A stretch of 64,000 nt of DNA from an uncultured Acidobacteriota bacterium (GTDB lineage: Bacteria; Acidobacteriota; Vicinamibacteria; Vicinamibacterales; CAVVIG01), in NCBI GenBank assembly GCA_963695635.1, contig CAVOHK010000005.1, positions 66,821-130,820 of the forward strand, written 5' to 3'. The notes under the pieces are model-generated. The model had not been told where the DNA came from and made no database searches. It saw only the letters and a program-made list of their open reading frames with translations. Of this stretch, positions 11,003-23,367 are shown one piece after another (position 1 is the stretch's first letter; each line of letters opens with the position of its first letter). The translations under genes were made by a program, and so were the position numbers.

Positions 11003-11103
11003 CGCCGTCGCCTTCGGCGGCGCGATGTCGGATTAATCGCCGCGTCGTTGGCCGCAGTTCGAGATTTCATCAACGCCGTATTGATTACGTTTCGTCTGAA
11101 CCT

Positions 11104-11678
11104 ATGGGCCTGAATCGAGACGACGCCTGGGCACTGCTCACCGAGTACACCAAGAGCGAAAGCCTGCTGAAACACGCGATGGCGGTCGAGGCCGCGGTCC
11201 GCGGCTACGCCCGTCAGTTTGGCGAAGACGAAGACGACTGGGGCGTTACCGCGCTGCTGCACGACTTCGACTACGAGCGTTGGCCGACGCTCGGCGACCA
11301 CCCGAACAAGGGCGCGGAAATTCTGCGTGCCAAGGGCTATCCAGAGTGGATGATTCGTGCGATTCTGTCGCACGCGATGGAAATCACCGGCGTGACCCGC
11401 GACAGCCAACTCGAGAAGACGCTGTTTGCGTGCGACGAACTCGCCGGTTTCATCACCGCGGCGTCATTGGTGCGTCCCAGCAAGAGCGTCATCGATCTCG
11501 AAGCCAGCTCGGTGAAAAAGCGGATGAAAGACAAGGCCTTCGCGCGCGGTGTGAAGCGTGAAGACCTGCGTGGCCGGCGCGGAACTGCTCGGTCTGCCGC
11601 TGGACCAGCACATTACGAATGTGATCGGCTTCATGCGTGAGAAGGCCGACGACTCTCGGACTGCGCGGAACCTTGTAG
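11104..11678 (+). pseudogene. HD/HDIG-domain metal-dependent phosphohydrolase, frameshifted near the 3' end
   Basis: ORF 11104..11640 has the LLHDFDYERW HD motif and SHA. It continues in ORF 11558..11827 (GAELLGLPLDQHITNVIGFMREKADD), then a third frame gives ..LGLRGTL with a stop near 11676. Confidence 0.7.
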
Positions 11679-11740
11679 GTCCGCCGCTCCGTATAAGACA
11701 GAGGATGACCGAATCAGCGACCGTTACCGCGCCTGAAGCG

Positions 11741-12681
11741 ATGGTTCGGGTGTCCCCGGATCCAGCGTTGTCACGCTCGAGAGCGTCACGGTTACGTACG
11801 GCAAGAATGCCGCGCTGCGCGACGTGACCGCGTCGTTCCCGGCCGGCGCCGTCGGACTGCTCGGCCCGAACGGCGCAGGCAAGAGCACGATGATCAAGGC
11901 GCTACTGGGGTTTCTGGTGCCGACCCGCGGCCGGATGCGCGTGCTGGGCCTCGACGTCGCGGATGTTCCGCTCGAAATTCGCGCCCGTGTCGGTTACATG
12001 CCGGAAAGCGACGGCCACATCCCTGGCATGAACGCGGTGTCGTTCGTCGCCTACTGCGGTGAACTGGCCGGGCTGCCGCGGGTCGACGCGATGCAGCGTG
12101 CCCACGAGGTGCTGTTCTACGTCGGGCTCGGCGAAGCGCGCTATCGCAACGTCGAGACGTATTCCACCGGCATGAAGCAGCGCATCAAGCTCGCCCAGGC
12201 GCTGGTGCACGATCCCGACCTGCTGTTCCTCGACGAGCCGACCAACGGCATGGATCCAAAGGGCCGAGACGAGATGCTCGAACTCGTTCGCGACCTGGCG
12301 CACAACAAAGGCGTCAATCTGATTCTGTCGTCGCACCTGCTGCCCGACGTCGAATACACCTGCGATCACGTGATCGTGCTCGACAAGGGAACCATCGCCA
12401 CCGCCGGTCCGATCAACGCGCTGAAACAGCCGCGCGGCCGCGTTTACGAATTGCGGGTGAAATCGGCAGCGGCACTCGAGGCGTTCATCGAACGGTTGCG
12501 GGTTGCCGGGCTTGATTGCCATGCGACCGATGAAGATGTCATGCGCGTCTTTGTCCCGGGCGCCGGCGGCGCGCGTGAAATTTTTGCGCTCGCGGCGGCG
12601 GATCGGGTGCAGGTGCGCCACTTGCGGCCGAGCGTGCCGACGCTGGAAGACGTGTTTGCGAAAGCAGTTGGAGAGGAGTAG
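11741..12681 (+). CDS. ABC transporter ATP-binding protein (start region frameshifted)
   Basis: ORF 11824..12681 has Walker A GPNGAGKST, signature YSTGMKQR and Walker B LLFLDEPT. The same frame is open upstream (SSVVTLESVTVTYGKNAALRDV), but the nearest ATG (11741) is in another frame. Confidence 0.85.
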
Positions 12682-12683
12682 CT

Positions 12684-12749
12684 GAACGCAGAGACCGCCG
12701 AGATCGCCGAGCTACTGGATTCTCGGCGCGCTTCGCGAGCTCGGCGTTC
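12684..12749. repeat. REP-like palindrome of the GAACGCCGAG family
   Basis: GAACGCAGAGACCGCCGAGATCGCCGAGC, a loop, then TCTCGGCGCGCTTCGCGAGCTCGGCGTTC. It sits between the ABC ATPase stop and the permease start. Relatives lie at 37500, 60098, 34843 and 49135. Confidence 0.8.
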
Positions 12750-12759
12750 TTCGTAACGC

Positions 12760-13596
12760 ATGCCCATTCATGATCAAGGCTACCGCCGCTACGGTGGTGG
12801 TAAGGCGCGCGGGCGGGGCTGGACGGTGATTGCCACCGCCGGCATTCGCACGGTGCTGGCCAAGAAATCGTTCATCGCGCTGATGCTGATGGCGTGGTTT
12901 CCCTTCATCGTCCGTGCGGTGCAGATCTATGCGGCCGCCAACCTGCCGCAGGCGGCGTTTCTCAGGCCGACCGCTGAAACTTTCCGGCAATTTCTCGACC
13001 AGCAGCAAATCTTTGTGTTCTTCGTGACCGTCTACATCGGCGCCGGCTTGATCGCCAACGACCGCCGCGCCAATGCGCTGCAGATCTACCTGTCGAAGCC
13101 GCTCACCAGAGGCGAATACATCTTCGGCAAGCTCGCCGTCTTGATGACGTTCCTGTTGCTCGTCACCTGGGTGCCGGCAATCGTGCTGCTGATCGTGCAA
13201 ATCGCCTTCGCCGGCAACTTCACGTTCTTCCGCGACAACATCTACCTGTTTCCGGCGATCACCGTGTTTTCCTTCATCATGGTGACGATGGTCGCGGCGT
13301 CGATGCTGGCGCTGTCGTCGCTCTCGAACAGTAGCCGCTACGTCGGCATTCTCTATTCGGCGGTGATTTTCTTCACGCAGGCGATTTACGGCGTCGTCTA
13401 CGCTGTGACCCGCAGCACCGCCCTGTCGTGGCTGTCGTTTTCCGCGAATCTCGCCCAGGTCGGCGACGTGATCTTCCGGCTGCCGCCAAAATACGACACA
13501 CCGTGGATTCTCTCGCTGGTTGCCATCATCCTCGTGATCGTCGCGTCGGGCCTGGTGCTCGAACGGCGCGTCCGCGGCGTCGAGGTGATCGCATGA
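12760..13596 (+). CDS. ABC-2-type permease-like membrane protein
   Basis: 278 aa polytopic ORF between two ABC ATPase genes. Its stop overlaps the next ATG (ATGA at 13593-13596). Confidence 0.6.
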   Translation: MPIHDQGYRRYGGGKARGRGWTVIATAGIRTVLAKKSFIALMLMAWFPFIVRAVQIYAAANLPQAAFLRPTAETFRQFLDQQQIFVFFVTVYIGAGLIANDRRANALQIYLSKPLTRGEYIFGKLAVLMTFLLLVTWVPAIVLLIVQIAFAGNFTFFRDNIYLFPAITVFSFIMVTMVAASMLALSSLSNSSRYVGILYSAVIFFTQAIYGVVYAVTRSTALSWLSFSANLAQVGDVIFRLPPKYDTPWILSLVAIILVIVASGLVLERRVRGVEVIA

Positions 13597-14553
13597 CCGC
13601 GAACGACGCGCGCGGGGCAGGGGCGCCGGGACTGGACGTCGTCACCGCCGACCATCTTTCCAAGTGGTACGGCCAGGTAATCGGCCTCAACGACGTTTCG
13701 GTGTCCGTCCCTGCCGGAATCACCGGATTGTTGGGTCCGAACGGCGCCGGCAAGTCCACCTTCATGAAGTTGATCACCGGTCAGCTGCGGCCCAGCAAAG
13801 GCTCGATCGCGGTGCTCGGCGAACCGATCTGGCAGAATCCGAAGCTGTATTTCCGGATTGGCTTCTGCCCCGAGCAGGATTCGTTTTACGAGCGGATGAC
13901 CGGCCTTGAGTGGGTGACCGCCCTGGTCCGGTTGAACGGCGTCAGCGACAGCGACGCCGACGCGATGGCGCGCCGGGCGATCGAAGCGGTGGATTTGACC
14001 GATGCGTCGAACAAGAAGATCGGCGCCTACAGCAAAGGCATGCGGCAGCGGATCAAGATGGCGCAAGCGATCGCGCACGATCCGGAACTGCTGATCCTCG
14101 ACGAGCCGCTGTCCGGAATGGATCCGCTGATGCGCCGCAAGACGATCCGGATGATCAAGGACTGGGGCCGGGCCGGGCCGCAGCATCATCGTGTCGAGCC
14201 ACATCCTGCACGAAATCGAATCGATGACCTCGAACATCCTCCTGATCAACCAGGGTCGCATCCTCGCTGAAGGCAACGTCCACCAGATCCGGGACCTGAT
14301 CGACGAACACCCGCACACGGTCTACGTCAAAGCCGACCAGACGCGTGCCCTCGCGCGCGAATTCCTCGCCTACGACGATGTGTTGAGCCTGAAGTTCGAG
14401 GAAGGCGCGGTCGTCGTCCAGACCGGCAAGCCCGATGCGTTTTACGCACGGCTGACCGACCTGGCGGCCTCGGAATCGATCGGCGCGATTCATGAAGTGA
14501 CGTCACCCGACGACAACCTGCAGGCGGTTTTCCAATATCTGGTGAAACAATGA
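13593..14553 (+). pseudogene. ABC transporter ATP-binding protein, one frameshift near 14170-14195
   Basis: The ATG at 13593 lies in ORF 13428..14270 (GPNGAGKST, YSKGMRQR, LLILDEPLSG). It continues in ORF 14191..14553 (SSHILHEIESMTSNILLINQGRILAEG). Confidence 0.85.
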
Positions 14554-15371
14554 CGCCGTCCGTCCTCTCGTCGGCATTTCGTATATTCGATTTGTCGCTT
14601 GGCCAGATGCTGTGGTCGCGGCGTTCGGTGTTCCTGGGCGTTCTGCTGGGCGGACCGGTCGTGCTGGCGATTGCGCTGCGCGTCATTTCCGAGCTCTACA
14701 CCAACGGTTTCCGGGTGAACGGCGCGATGGCCGGCGGCGAAGCGATTTTCGGGATGATGATTTGGCTGCTCTATATTCGATTCATCATTCCGGTCCTCGG
14801 CGTGTTTTACGGCACCGCGTTGATCGCCGACGAGGTCGAAGACAAGACGATCACCTATCTGTTTACCCGGCCGATCCCGCGGAGTGCCGTTCTGCTCGGC
14901 AAGTTTCTCGCGTATCTGGCGTGCACAGTTCTGCTCGTCCTGCCATCAATCGTGCTCGTGTTTTTTCTGATTGTGCCGATCGGCGGCGGTCGCATCGGTG
15001 CGGCATTCCCATCGCTGGTGAAAGACCTCGGCATGGTAGCGGTCGGCCTTGCGGCGTACGGATCGCTGTTTGCGTTCGTCGGGACGCGGTTGAAGCGGCC
15101 GCTGGTCGCCGGGCTGGTGTTCGCATTTGGCTGGGAGCCGGCTGTCTTGCTGTTTCCTGGGTATTTGAAACGGTTGACTGTGGGCTATTACATGCAGGCC
15201 CTGGTTACCCACGAAATGCCTCAGGATTCGGCGATCAGCTTGCTGATGCAGGTATTCCGGGAAATGCCGGGTATTTGGACCAGTTTGGCCGCGCCTCGCC
15301 GTCATCGTCACGGCGACCCTGTGGCTCGCGGGGCGAACCGTTGAGCAACGGGAGTACGTTTTGGAACAATG
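14550..15371 (+). pseudogene. ABC-2-type permease, frameshift near 15290
   Basis: ORF 14550..15344 is polytopic and includes EVEDKTITYLFTRPIPR. A third frame gives a hydrophobic C-terminus ..LAVIVTATLWLAGRTVEQREYVLEQ with a stop near 15369. Confidence 0.65.
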
Positions 15372-15411
15372 ACGGTTAACATCCCGTCTTAAGCTGTTGA
15401 GGGCGTAGGCC

Positions 15412-16439
15412 ATGACTGCGAGAACCCGTTATTTCGTGATCGTTTCGCTTCTGGTGGTGGGCGTCGGGCTCGGCACCGGGTTGGTGGCGTATTACGTTGG
15501 TTTCCCGGCCGGCGCGTTTACCCAGGCTGGCGGGCCCGCCGAACTGCAGTTGGTTCCGCGCAATGCCACCGTCGTCGCCTACGCCAACGTCGGCGAGATC
15601 ATGGCGTCCGACCTGCGGCAGAGGCTGCGCCGCGCCATTCCGATTCACGAAGACGGTCAGAAAGAACTCGAAGAGCGCACCGGCATCAACATCGAAACCG
15701 ACATCGACCGGATCATCGCCTGCCTGAATCCTGACCCGGAGAACACGAGCGGACCGGGCGCCGGCATGGTCGTCGCTCGCGGCCGTTTCAACGAAACCAA
15801 GATCGAATCGTTGATGCGCGAGCACGGCGCGCAGGTTGAAGACTATCGCGGCAAGCGCCTGATCGTCGCCGACAGCCACGTCAGCGGCACCGAAATCGGG
15901 GATCGGCGATTTGCCGCCGCGTTCATCGAGCCTGGCCTGGTTGCGCTCGGCTCCACCAAGCTGGTTCGTTCGGCCATCGACCTCCATCAAACCGGCGACA
16001 ATCCACAGGCCGGTCTGCAAAGCGTTACCGGCAATGAAGAGTTGATGAATCTGGTCCGCTCGCTCGAGAGCGGCAATGCGTGGGCGGTGGGACGCTTCGA
16101 CGCGCTGCAGTCGCAGGCGCGGTTGCCGCAGGAACGTCGTCGTCACGCCTGCCGGCGATTACCTGGTTCGCGGTCAGCGGCCACATCAACGGCGGCCTCC
16201 GCGGAACGGTTCGCGCCGAGACGCGCGACGAAGAGGCCGCCAACAACCTTCGCGACATCGTCCGCGGGTTCCTGGCCCTCGGCAAGATGCAGTCGACTGG
16301 CCGACCGGAGATTGCGGCGATGATGCAGTCGCTCGAACTGAGCGGCACCGGCAAAACTGTGGCGCTGTCGTTCACCGTTCCTGCCGAAATCTTCGACGTC
16401 ATCGGCACAATCGCACCGAAAAAGCCCGCCGTTCAGTAA
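15412..16439 (+). pseudogene. Hypothetical membrane-anchored/exported protein, one frameshift near 16140
   Basis: ORF 15412..16323 (N-terminal TM helix) joins ORF 16080..16439 (..AITWFAVSGHINGGLRGTVRAETRDEEAANNLRDIV..). It is the last gene of the ABC cluster and is followed by a strong terminator. Confidence 0.55.
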
Positions 16440-16456
16440 CGCTTGTCACTGGTTGT

Positions 16457-16490
16457 AAAGGGGACCGGGTTACAATCCGGTCCCCTTTTT
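16457..16490 (+). terminator. Rho-independent terminator
   Basis: AAAGGGGACCGG, loop gttacaat, then CCGGTCCCC followed by TTTTT. It lies 18 nt after the stop at 16439. Confidence 0.7.
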
Positions 16491-16510
16491 CGCGTACACT
16501 CCTCCGCACA

Positions 16511-16915
16511 TTGACCGACCTGGTGTTCTTCTACGGCACCTTGATGAGCGGCTTCAAGCGCGAAGGGCGTGCGCGGATGGACACCATGCTTGCGCCGCAA
16601 GGGCGCGCATCCATTGACGCGGCGTTATTCGACCTCGGCATCTATCCAGGCGCTATTCCGGCTCACGACAGCAAAGTATGGGGCGAGGTCTATCGGATGC
16701 TCGAAACCGATGCCGTCCTGACGACCCTCGACGAGATTGAGGGCGTCCGCCCGGGGCGGCCGGACGCCAGCCTTTATCGTCGCGAAGAAACCTCCGTGAC
16801 GTTCGTCGACGGCCGTCGCGCAGCCGCCTGGGCCTACTTCTACAACGCGCCGCTGGGCAGGGCGCAGCGGATCGAATCCGGCGACTACCTTCAACATCTC
16901 AAGGTGAAACGATGA
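16511..16915 (+). CDS. Gamma-glutamylcyclotransferase (AIG2/GGCT-like) family protein
   Basis: 3' part of ORF 16076..16915 with VFFYGTLMSGF, WGEVY and LDEIEG. The TTG start at 16511 is a guess. Confidence 0.7.
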   Translation: MTDLVFFYGTLMSGFKREGRARMDTMLAPQGRASIDAALFDLGIYPGAIPAHDSKVWGEVYRMLETDAVLTTLDEIEGVRPGRPDASLYRREETSVTFVDGRRAAAWAYFYNAPLGRAQRIESGDYLQHLKVKR

Positions 16916-18402
16916 CCACTTGGCAGGTCTGCGTGAAAGCGGCGGTTCGGATTGCGGTTGTCGTGCTCGCGCTGGCGTCTGGACTCAGTCAGCCGGCGTA
17001 CGCCCAGCAGATCGGATCCACGAATTACGCAGCTCGTTGTCAAGGTGTCCGAAGAGCGTCTGAGCAACATCCTCCGGAAGCTGCAGAGCTTCGAGACGCG
17101 CAGCTCGCTGTCGTCGACGGACTCGCACGACGCGCGGCGTCGGCGCCGCGCGCGAGTGGATTCTTCAGGAGATGAAGAGCTACAGTCCGAAGCTGCAGGT
17201 GAGCTTCGACAGCTATCATGGTTCCGCCGCAGGGGCAGCGCATCACCGCGCGACGTCGATTTGCGAAATGTGATGGCGATTCTGCCCGGGCGCAGCCCGC
17301 GGCGCATCTACATCAGCGGTCATTACGACACCGTCGCGCGCGCTGGCGGCCAGGGCGCGTCGAACGCGTCAGCCCGCCGCCGATCCCGACGCGGCGCCGG
17401 CGCGACCGGCCGATCCCGAGTGCGCCGCTCGACAACCTGGCGCCGGGCGTCAACGACGACGGCAGCGGCACGGCGCTGACCATCGAACTGGCGCGCGATT
17501 TTCAGCCAGAGCGGCATCGACTTCGACGCGACGCTGGTGTTCATGTGCCACGTCGGCGAGGAGCAGGGGCTGGTCGGCGCGCGGCTGCACGCGCAGAAGG
17601 CGGTCGGCCGAGAAGATTCCGATCGAGGCGGTGCTCAACAACGACATCGTCGGCAACGACAAGGGCGGCAACGGAATCATCGACGGCGCGACGATTCGGG
17701 TTTATTCCGAGGGACCGGAGGATTCGTCATCACGCGCGCTGGCGCGCTTCGTCCAGCGCTGGGGTGGCATGCTACGTGCCGTCGCACAAAGTCCGTCCGA
17801 TGTCGCGGCCCGATCGATTCGGGCGCGGCGGCGACCACTCCGCATACAACCAGTTGGGATTTACCGCCGTCGGATTCCGCGAGTCGCGCGAGAATTTCAC
17901 GCGGCAGCACGACGTCCGCGACACGTTCGAAGGTATTTCGCTGCCGTACCTCGCGCAGAACGCGCGCGTCAACGCCGCGGCCGCAGCCGCCCTCGCACTG
18001 GCGCCGCCGCCGCCGGCCGTCACCTCGCGAGCGCGGCCAACCGATGATCACGCGCGCGCCGTCCGGCTACGACGCCAACCTGAAATGGATCGCGTCGCCG
18101 GGCGCGGTTTCTTATCGCATATTCTGGCGTGAGGCGTGGGGACCCGACTGGCAGCACGACGTGCTGGTCGGGCAACGTCACGAACTTGGTGCTGCCCAAC
18201 ATGCAGATTGACGATTACGTGTTCGGGGTCGCCGCCATCGACGCCGCCGGCCACGAAAGCATCGGTCTCGGCCTACGTCACGCCGCCGCGGGCGAGCACG
18301 CCAATCAAAACGGTCGCAAAAACCCGATCGTCACGGCACGGACGTCAGGCCAGAGTCGTCATCTGCATGGATGTCTGCCGACTGCGACGACTGCGTCTTT
18401 AA
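16912..18402 (+). pseudogene. Secreted M28-family aminopeptidase with a C-terminal FN3-like domain; at least 6 frameshifts, 3' end uncertain
   Basis: Signal peptide in ORF 16912..17175. Other pieces are NVMAILPGRSPRRIYISGHYDTV, PGVNDDGSGTALTIELAR, FMCHVGEEQGLVGA, LNNDIVGN, DHSAYNQLGF and GYDANLKWIASPGAVSYRIFWRE, scattered over ORFs 16952, 17218, 17537, 17631 and 18136. Confidence 0.75.
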
Positions 18403-18743
18403 TCGCCCGGCGACCGTCTTGATCGCGTCAATGAACTCGACCACGACGTGTGCGACGCGCTCGGCCGGTTCGATGAATTCGATGCCGGAACGGTAGACCA
18501 CGACTTCCTGGTCGACGTCGCTGATGCTGCAGTGGACGATGCGTCCCTTGACGACGACCGAGCGGTCGCCGAGCGACAGGCGGAAATCGTGGAGGGAATC
18601 GAGCTGGAGGGGGAACGCCGTTTCGATCTGCATGCCGCCGCGGCTGATTTCCTGATGGCCATCGGCTCGAAGACCATCACTTCGCCGTGCAGCTCTCCGA
18701 GGATCTCGATGCGTTCCGCGTCGCGGTCTTTTCGCTCCTGCAC
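18331..18743 (-). pseudogene. PilZ-domain protein, one frameshift near 18650
   Basis: ORF 18399..18743 (QERKDRDAERIEI, RxxxR-like) joins ORF 18331..18804 (EISRGGMQIE, D/NxSxxG-like, followed by a beta-rich C-terminus). Confidence 0.6.
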
Positions 18744-18791
18744 GCGGGCGGATTATACCTATTCGGCTGCAGCCGACTTCGATTAGTCCAC

Positions 18792-19201
18792 TTAATTCAT
18801 CCACGCCGCAGGTTTCGGAACAAACATCTCGGTGTCGGACGGATCAGCGACCGGTTCTTCCGCTTCGTCGGAGTCACCTTCAGTGGCGTAGGTCAGCACC
18901 GGAATGCCGCGGGTATCGTCATCCAGCTTCAACATTGACAGCACTTGGAGACCGTCGCCGTCGTCGCATGCGGACACACAGGATCACCAAGTCGGGCTGC
19001 ACGCGTTTGATTTGCGAATAGGCATGCTCGCTCGATTCGACGAAGACGACGTCGTAGTGACCGGCGTCGAGGACGGTTTCGAGCAGCTCGAGGACCTCGG
19101 CGCTGCCGTTGACGATGACGACCTTTTGCGTGGTCGCGGCTGCGCTGCGACGATCGGCGGTGGCGCGTTGGTCAGCATCGCTGGTCCGTCTCCTCGGACA
19201 T
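18792..19201 (-). pseudogene. Single-domain CheY-like receiver, apparently degenerate, 2 frameshifts
   Basis: My own translation gives MSEETDQ.., then ..QKVVIVNGSAEVLELLETVLDAGHYDVVFVESSEHAYSQIKRVQPDLVIL.., then ORF 18792..18977 (DDGDGLQVLSMLKLDDDTRGIPVL). Confidence 0.55.
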
Positions 19202-19330
19202 CCGGAACAAATTCAGGATCCGTGCCACGGCCGGCGGGCGCAAAACGTAGCAATTCCGGCCACTTTTCTGTCGGTTCCGCCGGGCCGTTTATCTCCGGCT
19301 GACCCCGAAAGGTTCCATACCATCGTCGCC

Positions 19331-20833
<1,503 letters not shown>

Positions 20834-20905
20834 CGCGCGGGCTCGACGCAGACCCTTCACTGACGCTGCCGATCAGCTGAGCGCGGGTGCTAAGATGGAT
20901 GGTTT

Positions 20906-22105
20906 ATGGCAACCTCCGAGGTCGTCATCCTTAGTGGCCAGCGTACGCCGATCGGGAAGTATGGCGGTTCCTTCAAGGACATCCACCCTGCGGAACTCGG
21001 TGCGGTTGCGGCGCGCGCGGCAATCGAGCGTTCCGGCCTGACCCCGGCTGACATCGATGAAGTGTTGATCGGTCACGGCCGCCAGGCTGGCTCTGGTCCG
21101 AACCCCGCGCGTCAAGTGGGCCATCGCGCCGGTGTCAGCGATCGAGCGCCGGCGTTCACCATCAACAAAGCCTGCGCGTCTGGGATGCAGGCGGTGGTCT
21201 CGGGAGCGCAGTCCATTCTGCTCGGCGAATCGAATGTGGTTCTCGCCGGCGGCATTGAATCGATGAGCCGAATGCCTTATCTGATCGATTCGGCCGATGC
21301 CCGCTGGGGCCACAGGATGGGCAACTTCACGCTGGTGGACGCGATGTATCGCGACGGCTTCCAGTGTCCGTTGTCGAACCTGATCATGGGCGAAACCGCC
21401 GAAGTGCTCGCAAGACAGTACGGCATCAGTCGCGACCAGTCGGATTGTTTCGCGCTCGAGAGCCAGAAGAAAGCAGCCGCCGCGATTGCGGGCGGTCATT
21501 TCACCCGCGAGATCGCGCCCGTGACGATCACCGTCAAGGGTGCTCCGGTGACCGTCGATCGTGACGAGCATCCCCGCGACACCACCATTGAGACGCTCAG
21601 GAAATTGCCACTCGCCTTCCCCAAGGTAGAAGGTGAGACCGGAATTATCACGCCGGGGACGGCGTCGGGCGTGACCGATGGGGGAGCGGCACTGGTGCTG
21701 ACCTCCGCCGAGACAGCGCGGCAACGCGGCTTGCGGCCGCGCGCCAGGATTCTCGGCTGGGCGAGCGCCGGCGTCGATCCACGAATCATGGGAATCGGCC
21801 CGGTTCCGGCGATCGAGAAGCTGCAGCAGCGGATTGGCCTCGGCGCGGCCGATTTCGACCTCGTCGAGCTGAATGAAGCGTTCGCGCCGCAGGTGCTGGC
21901 GGTGCTCAAAGACGTTCCGATTTCCGGCGACCGCTTGAACGTCAATGGCGGCGCGATTGCCCTTGGGCATCCAATCGGTTGCACCGGCGCCCGGATCATC
22001 GTCACGCTGCTCCACGAGCTGGAGCGTCGTCAACTGAAACGCGGCCTGGCGACGCTGTGCGTCAGCGGCGGAATGGGAATGGCGATCGCCATCGAGATCG
22101 CGTAA
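20906..22105 (+). CDS. Acetyl-CoA C-acetyltransferase (thiolase II)
   Basis: 399 aa with INKACASGMQAV, NEAFA, NVNGGAIALGHPIGCTGARI and CVSGGMGMAIAIE. Confidence 0.95.
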   Translation: MATSEVVILSGQRTPIGKYGGSFKDIHPAELGAVAARAAIERSGLTPADIDEVLIGHGRQAGSGPNPARQVGHRAGVSDRAPAFTINKACASGMQAVVSGAQSILLGESNVVLAGGIESMSRMPYLIDSADARWGHRMGNFTLVDAMYRDGFQCPLSNLIMGETAEVLARQYGISRDQSDCFALESQKKAAAAIAGGHFTREIAPVTITVKGAPVTVDRDEHPRDTTIETLRKLPLAFPKVEGETGIITPGTASGVTDGGAALVLTSAETARQRGLRPRARILGWASAGVDPRIMGIGPVPAIEKLQQRIGLGAADFDLVELNEAFAPQVLAVLKDVPISGDRLNVNGGAIALGHPIGCTGARIIVTLLHELERRQLKRGLATLCVSGGMGMAIAIEIA

Positions 22106-23155
22106 ATGCGGGTCGCAGTCATACCCGGCGATGGCATCGGCGTGGAAGTGACCGCTGAAGCCGTCAAGGTGTTGCGGCGAGTCGGTGAAGTGTTCGGACG
22201 ACAGTTCGACCTTCATTCGCTGCCGTGGAGCGCCGATCATTTCCTGAAGACTGGCGAAACGATTCCGGCCAACGGCTACGCGATGCTCCGTGACGAGTTC
22301 GAAGCGGTGTTGATTGGCGCGCTCGGCGATCCGCGTGTGCCCGACAATCGTCACGCTCGCGACATTTTGCTCGGCACCCGTTTCGAACTCGACCTCTACG
22401 TCAACTATCGTCCGGTGAAACTGCTTCACGAGCGACTGTGTCCGCTCAAGAACCGGCAGCCCGCGGACGTCGACTTCGTGGTGTTTCGCGAAAACACCGA
22501 GGGCTTGTACGTCAACATCGGCGGCCGGTTCAAAGCCGGGACCGATGATGAAGTGGCGGTGCAGGAGGAAGTGAACACTTACAAAGGCGTGCATCGCATC
22601 GTGAAACACGCGTTCGAGTTTGCCCGCGGCAATGGCCGACGTCGTGTCTGCATGGCCGATAAGAGCAACGCGATGACGCACGGCCATGCGTTGTGGCAGC
22701 GGGTGTTTCGCGAGCTTGCAGCGCAGTATCCGGAGATCGAGGCGCGGCATCTCTACATCGATGCGCTGGCACTGCTGATGGTGCAGGACCCGTCGCAATT
22801 CGAGGTGATCGTGACGAACAACCTGTTCGGCGACATCGTCACGGACCTTGGCGCAGCGCTGCAGGGCGGACTCGGCCTCGCCGCGTCGGGCAATCTGCAT
22901 CCTGGCCGCACCTCGATGTTCGAACCGGTTCACGGCTCGGCGCCGCCGCTGGCCGGAAAAAACCTCGCGAACCCGATGGGTGCGATCCTTTCGGCCGCCT
23001 TGATGCTGCAGTCGATGGGACTGAAACTGGAAGGCGCGGCCGTCGAGGCCGCCGTTAAGCAGGCAGTCGTGAACGGCCAGGGCACGAAGGAAATCGGCGG
23101 ATCGCTCGGCACACGTGAAACGGGTGACTACATCACGAACGCGATCACCACATAG
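22106..23155 (+). CDS. Isocitrate/isopropylmalate dehydrogenase family protein (tartrate/D-malate or 3-IPM dehydrogenase-like)
   Basis: 349 aa with [51 protein letters not shown] and FEPVHGSAP. Substrate specificity cannot be called by eye. Confidence 0.85.
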   Translation: MRVAVIPGDGIGVEVTAEAVKVLRRVGEVFGRQFDLHSLPWSADHFLKTGETIPANGYAMLRDEFEAVLIGALGDPRVPDNRHARDILLGTRFELDLYVNYRPVKLLHERLCPLKNRQPADVDFVVFRENTEGLYVNIGGRFKAGTDDEVAVQEEVNTYKGVHRIVKHAFEFARGNGRRRVCMADKSNAMTHGHALWQRVFRELAAQYPEIEARHLYIDALALLMVQDPSQFEVIVTNNLFGDIVTDLGAALQGGLGLAASGNLHPGRTSMFEPVHGSAPPLAGKNLANPMGAILSAALMLQSMGLKLEGAAVEAAVKQAVVNGQGTKEIGGSLGTRETGDYITNAITT

Positions 23156-23193
23156 TCTTCGCTTCGTGTTGAAACGTTATCGAACGAGGGAAC

Positions 23194-23259
23194 ATGCGGC
23201 CTGCCACCGCCTGCATCGGCGGCGGCCAGAGCATCGCCGCAATCGTAGAAACGATCTGA
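23194..23259 (+). pseudogene. Relic of a thiolase C-terminus (about 22-26 codons)
   Basis: My own translation is (IERGN)MRPATACIGGGQSIAAIVETI then stop. It matches the conserved thiolase end ..ATLCIGGGQGIA..E. There is no upstream body. Confidence 0.5.
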
Positions 23260-23264
23260 ATTAA

Positions 23265-23350
23265 GTCATCTAGTCGTCTGGTCATTTAGTCATTTGATTG
23301 GTCAATTGATCAATGCAATGACCAGATGACCAGATGACCAATGACCAGAT
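23265..23350. repeat. Tandem 7-8 nt repeat hairpin, unit (A)TGACCA(G/A) with complement GTCAT(C/T)T(A/G)
   Basis: GTCATCTA GTCGTCTG GTCATTTA GTCATTTGATTGGTCA, centre ATTGATCAAT, then ATGACCAG ATGACCAG ATGACCA ATGACCAG. It creates the spurious upstream ATG at 23341. Confidence 0.85.
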
Positions 23351-23367
23351 TCAGTATTGAGGTATTG

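Noticed and set aside
15376-16146. 256 aa minus-strand ORF
   Set aside because: It is antisense to the anchored hypothetical gene that closes the ABC cluster, and it has no motifs.
20873-22933. 686 aa minus-strand ORF, the longest uninterrupted ORF in this part of the track
   Set aside because: It is antisense to two well-supported genes (the thiolase and the IPMDH-family gene). It is Arg/His/Ala-rich with no recognisable motifs. This is the usual shadow ORF of GC-rich DNA.
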